A stretch of DNA of 62,356 bases, filler included, from Sanchytrium tribonematis (lineage: Eukaryota): the NCBI GenBank assembly GCA_018985235.1. It is 4 parts of 4 records of this genome, joined end to end, with 100 filler letters (N's around TTAATTAATTAA, not from the genome) between each part and the next. Parts side by side here need not be neighbours in the genome. Positions count along the whole stretch, not along the records: positions 15,671 to 31,200 come from JADGIG010000148.1; positions 31,301 to 46,791 come from JADGIG010000149.1; 2 more parts are not named here. One strand, 5' to 3'. Below are positions 22,561 through 34,993 of the stretch, piece after piece. A program made the translations under genes and the position numbers. Below the pieces are notes generated by a model. The model saw only the letters and a program-made list of their open reading frames with translations. It did no database searches and was not told where the DNA came from. Numbering within the stretch: position 1 is the stretch's first letter; each line of letters starts with the position of its first letter.

Positions 22561-23559
22561 AAACATTTTTTATTTCTTACAAAAAATGGCAAAATCACCT
22601 TCAAATTTTTCTGAGTTTAGCTCTCAATGTTTTTCTATTCTGAATTTGGATAACATATACAACACATTTAATTTTGGCCAGAGAAAGAAATGTTTAATTT
22701 AAATAAACAAAAGAATTCCACATACGGAGTAAAAATCATTAAGCAAACTGATCAGAATTCAGATAATTCAGTTGCTAATTTGTCAGCGTAGCTGACTTAT
22801 GGATTTGGTAGAAAATGCTTTGTTGAAAGCTCCCATCAATTAAATAAACGAGATATTTGTTGTAAAAAAAGCATACAGATACAGAATTGATTAAGAAAAA
22901 TAGTCAATATGATCATTTATATACTAATTGGGCAAGTTAATAGTACTCCAAATCCTAAAGGTGAATATAGAGTTAAACAGATGATAAACAGAATCCAACA
23001 ACGTATTTGTGCGATAAAAGCGATAATTAAAATTTTGTAATTCAACTGTGTCAAAAATCTCGAAGTATAACGATTGAAATAATCAGGTCTTATTGTTAAA
23101 GGGGATTATAATTTCTACCTTGATCTATCCTGATAATCGAGATATATATTGACTATTATAAGTAACAAAATTTATCACCCCAAACTATGGACTGAATTAA
23201 CTGATGAATATAGACATAAGCTTGTAGATAAAATCGTAAGCGTATACAAGAATTGAAATAAAGAAAGGGCCAGTGGACTAAGAATTGATAAATTTAATAA
23301 TTTCATTTTGGGGGTGGTCAAAATCCCCTTGACAAATGTTAAATCATTCGAATATTTTTTTACTGGATAAATAATGCCTCCAACTATCTTCTGACTTCTT
23401 AAATGAGCTTTTGATGCTTTATTACGGGTGGATTATAAAAATTGGATTATAAAAATTTTAAAAAAATGCATTTATAAAAAGCTTCATCAATTCATATGAT
23501 TTTTATTTATGCATTACTGAAAATAAAGCTCAAATCAACAGTATATTGTTAGAAAGAAC

Positions 23560-24825
23560 TTAATCTGTAAATGACTTCTGCAATAATTTTTCAAATATTT
23601 GAAATATCTCATTTTCTCTTAAAGACTTGAAAATGGTAGAATGAGCAATATCAAGTTGACGCGTATGTAGAACCACAAAATTCATGGCATCATCATCACT
23701 CAATAATTGAATTTGTGGTTTGTAGGAATTGACACATTTTGCAATATATCCCAATTTGGACTGAATATTAATCAAATATTCATCTTCTGATTCATCAGTT
23801 TCAACATAGGTAGTTGAACTACCACTACAAATCCAGTAAGGTCAGCAAATCGGTGCTCTGAGAAATGAGCAATTTGTAAATTGGATTTTCGCATTTGCTG
23901 GGTAAATGATTTTAGCAGCTTAACACCATCCTTAGTACTAGTAGTATTACCAGCACTTTATATGGAACAGTGTGGGTAGGCATATATAAATTATTCTGAT
24001 TTGCGATCATTTGTTCGCAATCGTCTTTGGTGGAAAATGCACGTGTATCTGGGAAAAAAGGAAGATTGATTTGCATGGTATTGTTTTCCCAGGTAAACTC
24101 GTGTTGAAATGAACTGGCAATGTGAATCACGACTGGAGTCGGGAGAAGTTGTTTTTCTAAAGTGATTTCCATGGCGTGCTTAAACTGATCTGGGGAATTT
24201 AAATGATGCGGATAAAGATTTTTGGGTTGGTTTGGCCTGTTTTGGTTTGGGTTTGGTAATAAATGCATTTTTCTTGGCGGCTTGGGAGTGAAGCATTTCG
24301 AAACAATGTTCTTAACTTTTGCAATTTTGATAATTTGAATATTTTTATATTTGGCACATTGCATGCCAAAATCACAAATGTGATGTCAGTAATGTTGCGC
24401 AAATATCCAGGGGCAATCCATTTTTAAAAATGCCTAAATATTTCAATTGATTCCTTTTCTGATTGATTGCGTTTATCTTTTTATTAAACATTGCAGTAGT
24501 ATCAATTCCTTGAATGTTAATAATGTATCCCAAATAATGTTGAGATTGTTTAGTAGTAGGAATGTTGCAAATTGTTGTATTTTTATAATAATTCCTGGTA
24601 ATAATTATGGATTTATGATAGTTTAATTCTAAGCCAATGTCATTCAGTTCTGTTTTTATTTGATTGATTGCCATTTCCAGCGATTTTTTATCTAGCGCAA
24701 CGGCACAAATATCATCTGCATAAAAAATTAATTGAAACATGTCATTGTCCAGTCCATAAAGATCCAGAAGACAAAACCCAAAGATTGAAGGACTAAAAGG
24801 GGATCCTTGAGGTATGCCTGATTCA
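23560..24825 (-). mobile_element. Degenerate non-LTR retrotransposon (RT 3' half and C-terminal region)
   Basis: GIPQGSPFSPSI (24785-24820), FYADD, IGLELNYHKS, YLGY. Frameshifted. Post-RT segment resembles the intact element at 46965-51898. Confidence 0.8.
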
Positions 24826-25789
24826 GAAAGATGTTAAAGTTTCAAACTTTTCGCAATATAAAAGTTGGCAATTAAATAATTTTTTGATCGTCTTTAACGC
24901 AATAAGGTGGCATGAAATTGAAACTCTCTCCTCGTATTTTTCTTCTGACTCCAAATTGATCTAATAACCATGAGTGAGATGATCAAAACATTACAAACAA
25001 TGATTGTGGAATCGATTAGATTAATGATCTTTCTGAACTCACAAATGAATCATGTAATATTGCACAATTGGGTAATCACGTGGGAAGTGATAATAGTGAT
25101 GGAAGATTTCTAGAAGATGGATTTGGCAGGCAAAAAATTACTTAAGCACGTAAAAGAAATTAAAAACATTAAAAATAAAATTAAAAAAAGTCCTGCTTCG
25201 AAAATGAATCCACCCACAGGAGAGGTCGAAGGCGGTTCCTCAGTTGTGGCGCAAGTAATGGAACAGCTTGGGGATTCTTCGGGGTCTCTGAGACTTGCGT
25301 TAAGACCACCTCTTGAGTAAGCAATTGAGTCTGATAACATGGGCAGTTCAGAAGAAAATGCCTTAGTTGAAAGAGAAGGATACTTAGAGTCAAAGAATTA
25401 AGTCCAACTACGACAACAGTTCAAATCCCTCCCGAGGAGATTCAAGTGACTGTAGTCAACCAAGAAGAGGATCAATGGCGAACAGTCTAACCTCTAACAC
25501 TGCACCACCACCTGTGAACAGCTTGGATGTTATACAAGCTTTCAAAGATGACAAGTTCAATTCACGTACAAGTGACACGGATGATGAAAGATTTAATCCG
25601 GTCGAGGAAATTGCTGAAGACATGAATTTTGGTCCTGATTTTGAAGAATTAGAGCTTTCTTATAAACTTGTTAACATGGGATTGGCACTAGGGGCTGATC
25701 TTAAGGCCAGATTCTTTTCACTACTGGAAAGTATTAAGAAATTGTTTAAATTTCAAAGCAGGTTGTACCACTGCTGTGAAGCATGTAAT

Positions 25790-27443
25790 TAATTGTAAAG
25801 GTGAACCTTATAGACAAAAACAGTATTGGGCATCTAAAACTCAGCAGGAACAGATGATTATATGATTGAGAAAGGAATCATTGTGCCTTCTAGCTCAGCA
25901 TTTGCAAGTCCTATTGTGATGGTTTCTAAACCCAATGGGAAATGGAGATTTTGTGTTGATTTTCGTAATTTGGGGTTTGGGGATAAGGTTAAGGCAATAA
26001 GAGATTTGCCTATACCTAAAACGCAGAAAGCGTTGAGAAGATTTTTAGGAATAAAGTACGATACAAGGGAAAAGGAGGCAATGGCTATAATGTTTGGCTT
26101 AAAGAAATTTAGACCATATTACTACCCTAATCATGTCACTGTTATGACAGATCATGGTAACCTTCGATGGCTAATGGCGCATCAACAAAAAGGCCATTTA
26201 GCGCGCTAGCAAATGAATTTGCAGCAATATGAATTTACAATCTGTTATATTAAGGGTGTTAATAATCCCGTTTTAGATGTAGTCGAGATTCTGGTGAAGA
26301 AATAATGCAAATTAATTCTTATGATTTTAGAAAAAGGAACCTGTTCAACAGAAGGATAACATCTGAAAAGAAAGACAAAACTGTCCTTACAAAGACCTTG
26401 TTAAGAAAAGCAAGAAAAGACAATTTAAGAAAAAAGAGGGGATAGTATACTGGATTTCAGATGGTAGTACTGAGAAAATTTATATTCCAAAACACCTGGT
26501 TCAGACAGTACCAAAGTGGTTCATGAATGTCCATTGGTTGCTCGCTTTGAAAGAGAACAGATGAGCTTTCACCTAAGAAAATATTATATTCCTGGGTTGC
26601 AGAAATTCTGTAGAAATTGTGTAACTTGTGCAAAAATAAAAGGAGTTGGTGAAAAAAAATGTCCTTAGCACACGGAAACCGGCAATGGTTTTTGATAGGA
26701 TTTACATTGATATTGTTGGACCTATCGAGGATTTGTCAAATGACCCAGAAGATGAGATGCGGTATATTCTCACAATGATGGACAATGGAAGTAGGTTTTT
26801 AAGAGCAGCACCCATTCCAAATAAAGATATGGAAACCATATTTACCGCATTCTTAAATGCATGGGCGAGTATATTTGGTTTTCCTAAGGAGTTTATATCT
26901 GATAATGATCGAACGTTTGATGAAGTCATTAAAATGTTAGAAGATAAATATGCTAAAATTCAAAGTACTATATCATATTCGCCTGAGATGAATCCAATAG
27001 AAAGAGTTCATAAAACTCTAATGACAAGGATTAAGGCAATTAGGCACACCCAGAATCTAAAATGGATTGAGTGATTAGCTATGGCATTATATGGCTATAA
27101 TAGCACAAGACATAGAATTGTTGGGTATACGCCGCATGCACTAGTCTTCGCAAAGTTGTCAGATAGTGGCATGGATTTAGAAAATTTAAAGGCAATTCGT
27201 GAGCATGCTATGGATGCAGCTTGGAAAGCTCGGAAAGGAGTTGTGGACAAGTGCAATAGCAAAAGGGCTGTGATTGATTTACAGATTGGTGATAAGGTAT
27301 ACGTGGTAAAAACAATTCCAGGTCGTAAGCTAGAAGATAAGCTGGAAGATGACATGGTTACAATACTTAAGTTCTTTGGAAAAGATTCAAAGACTTTGAA
27401 AGAGAAAAATGGATCTCAGTCCATTAAAAGCCGCAAACTGTAA
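25790..27443 (+). mobile_element. Degenerate Ty3/Gypsy pol (internally deleted RT, RNase H, integrase)
   Basis: GIIVPSSSAFASPIVMVSKPNGKWRFCVDFRNL; ALRRFLG; EKEAMAI...VMTDH; CVTC zinc-finger half; FDRIYIDIVGP, SDND, NPIERVHKTL. YxDD region is deleted. Confidence 0.92.
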
Positions 27444-27472
27444 TGGAGGCATTTTTAAAAAAAGAGGGACGT

Positions 27473-27678
27473 TGTAGTTCATACTCCGACGGGAGCAGTT
27501 TTGACCCTGTAGACCCAAGGGGGGTCACGAGGGGATTTGAGAGATTTATGATTGACTCTTACATATTACAAAGACTTGTGATATATAAGGAGCCAATCAA
27601 AAGAAGGACTAAAACACATATAAAGGGGACATTCCTCAAATAAATATCTATGTCAACGGCTTCAAACTTTACGCAACA
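27473..27678 (+). repeat. Putative LTR (206 bp) between PPT and PBS
   Basis: Preceded by polypurine AAAAAAAGAGGGA; starts TGTAG and ends CAACA; contains TATATAA and AATAAA; followed by A-TGG. Only one copy is in the window. Confidence 0.65.
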
Positions 27679-27769
27679 ATGGTTTAAAAGGAAAAAATCA
27701 ATAAATAAATGAAAGCGTTGAAAATGTCACGATCTATTATTTCGGGATACAGTTTTAGAGTGTCACCAT

Positions 27770-28790
27770 ATGGCCCGTCTAAAAACAAGTATTACAAAGG
27801 ATTTGGATTATTTTGAAGATAAATTGGAGATTTGCGATATAGATATGACAAATGATAAAGAAATAATTAGATTATTAAGGAAGTAAAGATGTACGGATTT
27901 CACAACGCCTAACGACATGACAATGGTAAATTGACTTACTTAGCCTTTAAAAATGCAATTGATGAGAGATTATTTTGGAATTGCAGAATGGAGACTGATG
28001 AGGAAGTGGCATCATATGCCGCTAGATTTAAACGATCGGCAGAAGATTCTGGTTTAGACAATTTAAACTGTCTGTTAAAAAGGAGATTAGAATATCGTTG
28101 AGTGCAGTTCAGTATGGTACTTTAAAAAATGCAGTTGAGTCAGCAAGAATGGTGAAGCAATGTGTAGAGGAGTCTCGCGAGAAGAATAAATTTGTACACC
28201 AACATCCAAAATGCGGAAGATGTGGAAGATTTCATGCTGACCAATGTTGGGAATGCACTGTTTGCGGTGAGTTGGGACATAAATCGTTCATGAGTCGAAA
28301 GCGAAAAGTGAAAGAAAGAGACTTGGAAAAAAAACAGGGTCCGGCTATCAATTTGATTGAAGAAGCTGCAGAAATACTTGCGGATAAAGGTGCAGCTGTC
28401 TCGGTAGTCAGTCGAGAATATATTGATATGAGAAACCTACCAATGAATAGATCCAAGGGATATGTGAAGACTGGGAATTCATTAATCAAGATATTGGGAA
28501 AGTTGATCTGGAACTGAAACTGCCCAATAGAGGTGCAATTATTCAAGAATTCAAGGTATTAGAAGGTACATTCCCTCAACGACCAATAATTGGGCGAGAG
28601 GCGAAATTGAGTCATTTAAATGCAAAGGAAAATAATGATTTCATGTAAATCATTTGCAAGAATAAAGTGAATAGAAATAAGCCAATGGATCTGCAACCAA
28701 TTCATTTAGAATTAAAACCAGATGCCGATATTTCAAAGGTGAGATGAAATTCATTTAGAGAGAGACATGAATTTTTCAAAGAAATTATGT
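27770..28790 (+). mobile_element. Degenerate Ty3/Gypsy gag-protease
   Basis: Zinc-knuckle remnants CGRCGRFHADQC and CTVCGELGH; aspartic protease-like LADKGAAVSVV; PIHLELKPDA pre-RT segment. Confidence 0.75.
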
Positions 28791-28799
28791 TTGGAATGT

Positions 28800-29350
28800 T
28801 CCAATAAGTTCCAATTCTACTGGCGATCAATTAACTGATGATATTAGTCCTGATCACCTAGTATATGCACACTGGGTGCATCACAAAATAATAATACCTT
28901 TCTTTTTTCGTCAATAAATTTCAAATTTAAATACCACCAACCAGCCATTAAATGCAAAAAACACTTTGTAAATCGCAATTGCACCTTATTGTTGAATTGC
29001 AACAAATAAGTTGTGCCTACTTTTGGATCTAATTTCAATGTATCGGACACAATTATGCTCTTTTTAATTAATGCAGCATGATGATGGTATTATTGTGGGT
29101 GTAGAATTTTTATTGTCAAAAAATGCTTCAATTAAAATAACATTTAAATTTCTTTTTAAGGTTATGCCTGCTGCAGAAAGTAAGAGAAATGTACTGGTTG
29201 GGATGATTGTACTCTCATTGATATTCCATGTGTCACCTATTGTTTTCCCAATTTTAAAGAACTTAATTTTGAATATTTATCTGCAGCGTATACGCATTGA
29301 AAAAATTAAAATACGATATGAGTCTGTTTAAAGTATTTGGCCCGATTTTC
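28800..29350 (-). mobile_element. Degenerate pogo/Tigger-like (DDE_1) transposase
   Basis: KRKVLLFCDAPSVH resembles RKVLLLLDNxxxH; upstream WNINES resembles (Y/W)NxDET. Confidence 0.5.
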
Positions 29351-30359
29351 CTTCAAATAATTTTTAAGGATATTTTTGTACCTGCCACTGCAATGAGCTT
29401 TAAACTTGGGAGTTATCAAAAAATAAATTTGGAATTATAGCTGTTTTCAATTCCAGCTAATTTTGCACAAGTTTGCCAAACTTTCCAACTGATAGACAAA
29501 TGACCGGTTCCATAGTAATTAGCATACAAATACTTGTTTGAAAATTTGTGCTTGACATAGCGTTTAAGAATTCTTAAAGATTGTTTTTCACTATTATTTA
29601 GGAGTTTTATAAATTTCGAAAGGCTATCTCAATTTTTATCAAAACATTTGGTTTTACGCTTTTGTTTTGTATCGAGGTTTTGCCGTTGTTTCAAGGAACT
29701 GCAGTTGAGGCAGACAAATTCTTGTATTTCGGGTTTAATGAAAAATGATAAGAAATTTAACTCAACATGGCAATCTAAAAATAGCTTTAAACTAAGCAAC
29801 TATGGCTGTGTGTACACTGGATAATCTCACTTTTTGGAAATTAACCGATTACTTAAAGTTTGTTTGTTTAAGACTCTGCATTTTTTGACTATTTAGCTTA
29901 TTGTTTTTTTGAATGTTACTTAAGCTTTTATGACCTATAATTTTCGAAACTGTTTTTCTCCAATTTTTTGTATATTGTTTTAACTTTGCTTTATTCTTTA
30001 AACTATTTGTCGTCAATTTTAACTTTTTTAAGTTTGATTGTCGATTCTTACATCTATTAGTTTTTTGATCACATATTGCTTTTTCAAACAAAATTTTTTT
30101 TTTCAATTGTCATAAATGTTTCCTGACCAGTCAATTTAAATCTTAAATACAAACTGTTCCAAAGTCACATTTGACATTTGCTTTGTTTTCGCAATCAGTT
30201 GGTTTCGAAATTATTTAGATTTGAGGTGTATTTGATTACATGAAAAGTGAGATCCATAACATGTCAAGTGACTTGACCTGTGATAAATAGCCAAGAAACT
30301 GCACTTTTGCTATATATTTACCATTTTTGCTAATCGTAGGAGTCAATTGTTTTGTATTT

Positions 30360-31200
30360 TTAACCCTTTGAGGAAAAGTCGTATGTCGCCAAATTTGGTC
30401 ATTTCATTTCTGAAGTTTTGTTTCAAAACCAAATTTGTCGAGATAACATGTCACCAAATTTGGTAAAGATGTCGACAAATTTGGTAATATTTGAGCATAT
30501 TTAAACAAAACAATAATTTATTCAATATTATAATCTAAATACTTGCCTTCAACTGTTCAATTCTTCTTCCGTAGATTTAAAACACAAGACTTCTTTAGCT
30601 CTCTTACTACACATAAAGCACTTTGGGCGCTTTTCTTTCATTGATCGTGTACTAATAGGTATATGCATGAAATCCTTTTTCAAATATTTAATCAGCCGTC
30701 TTCGATCAACAGAACTTGAATTATTCTTGCTAATTCTCTTCCTGATTCACATTGACGGAGGTTTTCACACTGGTAGCAACGAGGCTGTAGTTGAAGGTGT
30801 AATGGGTGAAATGGGTTCACTACTCAAAAGCGTTGAGTCTAGAAAAGAGAAATCAGTACTTAGAGGATGATCCAAAGCTGATGAATTGTTTCTTTCATTA
30901 ATTGAACTTCTACCATTTCTCTGACAACCTCTAGACCAGATTTAACCATTCCAATAGAAAGTTGTTTGAGGAAATCTACAAAAGATAGCCAGGTATATCG
31001 ATAACGGTCTTGATCCATTTATAATGGGTGTCGCATCCAACACGTTAAATCAAAGCGTGATTGGATGTTATTTAGATCAAAATGATCTAATTAATCTAGT
31101 CAATTCAAAACAAGATCCAAGTCCTCTAATAAGGCTTGGATCCCAATCAGATGATGGCGCATGCTTAACTAAACAAAGCATGCGCTCTAAAAAAAGGTAT
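30360..31200 (-). mobile_element. Degenerate piggyBac-like element, 3' end
   Basis: TTAA|CCCTTTG terminus at 30360; subterminal CAAATTTG repeats; minus-strand FNVLDA..IN, FVDFLKQLSIGM and a C-terminal Cys remnant KCFMCSKR...LCF. Confidence 0.55.
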
Positions 31201-31300
31201 NNNNNNNNNNNNNNNNNNNNNNNNNNNNNNNNNNNNNNNNNNNNTTAATTAATTAANNNNNNNNNNNNNNNNNNNNNNNNNNNNNNNNNNNNNNNNNNNN
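31201..31300. other. Artificial contig-joining spacer
   Basis: N44 + TTAATTAATTAA + N44. Confidence 0.98.
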
Positions 31301-32608
31301 TTTATGATAGGAACAACAAGTGCTGCATCTTTGAATGCAAATAGTACAGAAATACCTTACGGAAATAGTAGCAGCTTTAATTTGAATTCGACTCTGTTAA
31401 AAACTAGCAGTGTATTTCCAATAATTACAAGCCTTGTTGATGAAAGCACCGTGCAATATGACACGAGTAGCAGTATGTTTGTATCAACATCTATAAAATT
31501 TGAAGTTTCTTCAATTAATGAGTCGTTTTCAATCATGCCCATTGATTCTACGTTCAGCACCGCATCATCAGCCTCCAGTCAAAGTATTTTTTCTGTTGTA
31601 GAAAGTTCTGCATTATTTAATAGTGTCAGTTTTTTAGAGAGTGACAGTTTATCTACTTCTTTTGCAATGACTGGAATTGAATCGCAATTTTTATATAGTC
31701 AGTCTAGTTCTGACAACATATTGCACTTGATCTCAGACGATTCTACAGTATCATCAGTCGACCAGGCTAACATTTCATCTCAAATGGAAATCGATTCATC
31801 TTTGACTTACATTGAAAATTCAATTATTAGCTCAGGCAGCAGCGAATCAGCTAAAACAGAAAGCACTTATATCGATTCCCAAACAGATACTATAATTACT
31901 AGTGAATCAACTGAAAAATTATCACAAATGTCAACTTTGGGATATTCCACATCAACAAATAGTTTTGGGTCGAATTCATTTTCTAATTCTGACATGATTA
32001 GTTCTGAATATAGCAACTTGCTGTCACAAGTCGTGTCTTCTTCAAATCAATTGGTTTCCATTACTGAAGCGACGACTTTTGTCAGTCAAGCCGTGACCCA
32101 AAGTATGCAATTGACAACATCAGAAGTGTCAGAGACCTCTATTCTTGAAACTAGTATATCTATTTACGAATCGACAAATACAGAATACTCAACTCCGTTT
32201 GAGATTCTCACAACCACAGCACCGGTTTTAACAGAGCCTGTAGTTTATACATTTACAGATGAGATTTATCAAAATTCGACAACTTCGATTAAAAGTACAA
32301 TAGTTCTGCCTCTTACAAAAGGCGAAATAGCCGGTATCACTGTTTCTGTTGCTTTTTTATTAGTATTACTAGCAATAGCCGGATATTATGTTGTCAAACA
32401 ACATCAATTACGATTAAGGAGATCCACTTCGATGGATGAAGTACCTAGCCAGTCAGTACCAATGCTGATACCTTCGGCTGTTAATTACTATTCAAATTAT
32501 AACGATAACTTTTTTAATAATCCCGATTTGGAATTACTTCCAAAAAAAGAAATTACAAATGTTGAAGGTAAAACTGCTGCTGAAGTTTTAAATGACAGCT
32601 ATAAATAA
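31301..32608 (+). CDS. Ser/Thr-rich single-pass membrane protein (mucin/Mid2-like stalk), 5'-partial
   Basis: Frame open from the contig start; about 330 aa S/T-rich; TM LTKGEIAGITVSVAFLLVLLAIAGYYVV followed by a basic stop-transfer segment. Confidence 0.8.
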   Translation, partial: FMIGTTSAASLNANSTEIPYGNSSSFNLNSTLLKTSSVFPIITSLVDESTVQYDTSSSMFVSTSIKFEVSSINESFSIMPIDSTFSTASSASSQSIFSVVESSALFNSVSFLESDSLSTSFAMTGIESQFLYSQSSSDNILHLISDDSTVSSVDQANISSQMEIDSSLTYIENSIISSGSSESAKTESTYIDSQTDTIITSESTEKLSQMSTLGYSTSTNSFGSNSFSNSDMISSEYSNLLSQVVSSSNQLVSITEATTFVSQAVTQSMQLTTSEVSETSILETSISIYESTNTEYSTPFEILTTTAPVLTEPVVYTFTDEIYQNSTTSIKSTIVLPLTKGEIAGITVSVAFLLVLLAIAGYYVVKQHQLRLRRSTSMDEVPSQSVPMLIPSAVNYYSNYNDNFFNNPDLELLPKKEITNVEGKTAAEVLNDSYK

Positions 32609-32959
32609 ATTATATATAATTAATATTTAAATTCAAAGTACAAATTCTAAACACTAGATGAAATTGTTTGAATAATCTGTTAGGTATAAAAATTTGAACT
32701 ATTGATAATTCAAATGAACCTCATTGTTTTTAAAATTTTGAATCGATTTGGAGCAATGCTGCGGGGGTGTAATCAATTGGACAAATTGTAAACTTATTGT
32801 TTCTCTTGACTATACTCTTAACATTTCTTAGTTGACCTCTTGTGCTTCTCGCAGAAAAAAAAAGGTTTTATTGATTGGCAATTTAGAATAAGTTGCCGGA
32901 AGCAAATTCCTGCAAATAGCTTTTCTTGAATATTTAAACTCAGCTTTCAATTTGTAATA

Positions 32960-34954
32960 ATGATTGCAGTATTTCTGCTTCTACATTCCAAATCTATGCA
33001 ATTGACAGATGACACTCAATTCTCTGTTTCAACAAATTTCTCTTTTCCAGCTTACTTTGTAGGACAGATTTCTTATAAAATTGAGCACCGTGATCTAGAT
33101 ATTCAAAAAGAAGTAGCAAATGGAATGTGGTTTGGCTCCCCTTTGAGGCGGATGCTGCTGGGAATGCAGCATCGAAATACCACCTCGCCTTCATTACCGA
33201 TTCTCATCAAAAGAGATGGTGGAGGTGCCATGGCGGGTATAAGTATGGCACTTGGAATGAGTGGGCCATCGTACGTAGGAATGGTACGAGCATTTACAAC
33301 TGACAACTTAACGCCTCAAGAAAGAGCAAATATTTTTATGGGTTCATTTTTCGATATCACGTCAACTGTACTCATGTTCTCGGGTAACCCAATAGGAATA
33401 GCTATGGGTTCTGTGATGATGATTTCAAAATCTTTTTTCGACTCTTTTGATGCTCCAAAGTCACCACCACAAATTGATGCAGATGTAATGTTCAAGCAAA
33501 TTCAGGACTATATTCAGCATATTGTTCCGTCTGCTGACCAAATGTACATTGAAATTAAGCCCTATGTTCAAGATTTGGTCGAAAATTCCATTGACTTGGC
33601 CCTACAGCAGCAATATATTGAAAAACAACAGATTGCGTTGAGAAAGTTCTCGGAGTATCTGAGCATTTTCGACAGCGAAACAGAGCCGGAAAAAATTCTT
33701 CATAATTGGGAAACCTTAGTTCAAGAATCAGCCTCAGAAATGCTCAATTCCAAATTGCCGCTACACGTGGACGACACCATCTCCTTTGAAATCTTTGAGA
33801 TTGCAACCGCTGTAGCCGTTTATCCGCAATTTGTTAGCATGCTTATTATGTCAGTCAAAGAATGGTATATAACTGCAGCATTTTTGAAGAAAGACACATC
33901 TCAAATTGAGAAAAAATTTACAGATTATATTTCTGGATTTAGAAAGCAATATGAATTGATGGTCAACGCATGGTATGACCAGTCAAAAGCCCATATTCAA
34001 ACATCGCATTTCGAGCGAGCAAATTCTAATCAATGTAAATTCACATTGATGATTCCATCTTCAAGAAACATTGAAGGTTATTTTCAAGAAACAGCTGCTG
34101 CACCAAATTACATATTTAATCCATCAGCAGCAACCGAATTTCAGGCAATCCGAGAAGAAAATTGCGTGGACCAGGCTTGTAGATTCGTTACTCAATTGGA
34201 CGAATTAGGAGCCAACGTCTGTGAGTATGAAAAGACCTACACCGAGAATTGCAGCAAGCCTTGCTCAGCAGCAAAACAAGCTGTATCTTGGATATTTCCA
34301 ATTTTAGGTGCTACAGATTCTCAATGTTTCTTGAATAAAGAGCAGTGCAAAGAAATGTTAAATGGAATAAAGGTAAGGAACGAAGCAAGCTGCAAACCCT
34401 CTAATTGCACTATTCAAATGAATGCAGCAAAAGATAAATTATTAGCAGATTTAGAGGCTAAGGTTTCCCAAACACGCAAAAGTGTTTTAAAATACAACGC
34501 CTTGTTAGATGGTGCGGACATCAAAGATCAATCAAATTTTTTAGATGCTATCACTGATATGAAGAGCACAGCTTTGCAAAAATATCTTCCGAAAGACGAG
34601 GTTTTTAACGGGAGTGTCTGCCAAGGTCTTCTAGCCTTTCCGAAAGACCGATCTATACCGAAATTGTGCATTGTTAGCACCAAGACTAGATATTCTTGTC
34701 CTACCATTTATAATGGAAAAAAGCAATACATTTTATACCCTGATGTCATTAAGGCTGAACTGCCTCAATTGTGTCCGAAATATTTGAGACCGAAAAAAGA
34801 TGTCATTACTAAGCTCAAAATTATGCAGACAATCGGAAGTGGTGTCACGGACGAGGAATTTATCCAGATAAAACTGGCCAAAGAAAACATGAAAAATATT
34901 AAAAGAATTGACGGGGTTGAACCAAGGCATTTAAAATTATCAGAAGAACTATAA
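32960..34954 (+). CDS. Secreted Cry domain-I-like protein, paralog of 10008-12395
   Basis: Short signal peptide; KR site before DGGG; shared GMSGP.(F/Y)VGMV.AF, YPQFVSML...KEWY, PKDEVFNG.VC.GLLA.PK, YILYPD and conserved Cys pattern. Confidence 0.65.
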   Translation: MIAVFLLLHSKSMQLTDDTQFSVSTNFSFPAYFVGQISYKIEHRDLDIQKEVANGMWFGSPLRRMLLGMQHRNTTSPSLPILIKRDGGGAMAGISMALGMSGPSYVGMVRAFTTDNLTPQERANIFMGSFFDITSTVLMFSGNPIGIAMGSVMMISKSFFDSFDAPKSPPQIDADVMFKQIQDYIQHIVPSADQMYIEIKPYVQDLVENSIDLALQQQYIEKQQIALRKFSEYLSIFDSETEPEKILHNWETLVQESASEMLNSKLPLHVDDTISFEIFEIATAVAVYPQFVSMLIMSVKEWYITAAFLKKDTSQIEKKFTDYISGFRKQYELMVNAWYDQSKAHIQTSHFERANSNQCKFTLMIPSSRNIEGYFQETAAAPNYIFNPSAATEFQAIREENCVDQACRFVTQLDELGANVCEYEKTYTENCSKPCSAAKQAVSWIFPILGATDSQCFLNKEQCKEMLNGIKVRNEASCKPSNCTIQMNAAKDKLLADLEAKVSQTRKSVLKYNALLDGADIKDQSNFLDAITDMKSTALQKYLPKDEVFNGSVCQGLLAFPKDRSIPKLCIVSTKTRYSCPTIYNGKKQYILYPDVIKAELPQLCPKYLRPKKDVITKLKIMQTIGSGVTDEEFIQIKLAKENMKNIKRIDGVEPRHLKLSEEL

Positions 34955-34993
34955 AACAATAAACAACACTATTAAAATCATTCAAATTTTATT

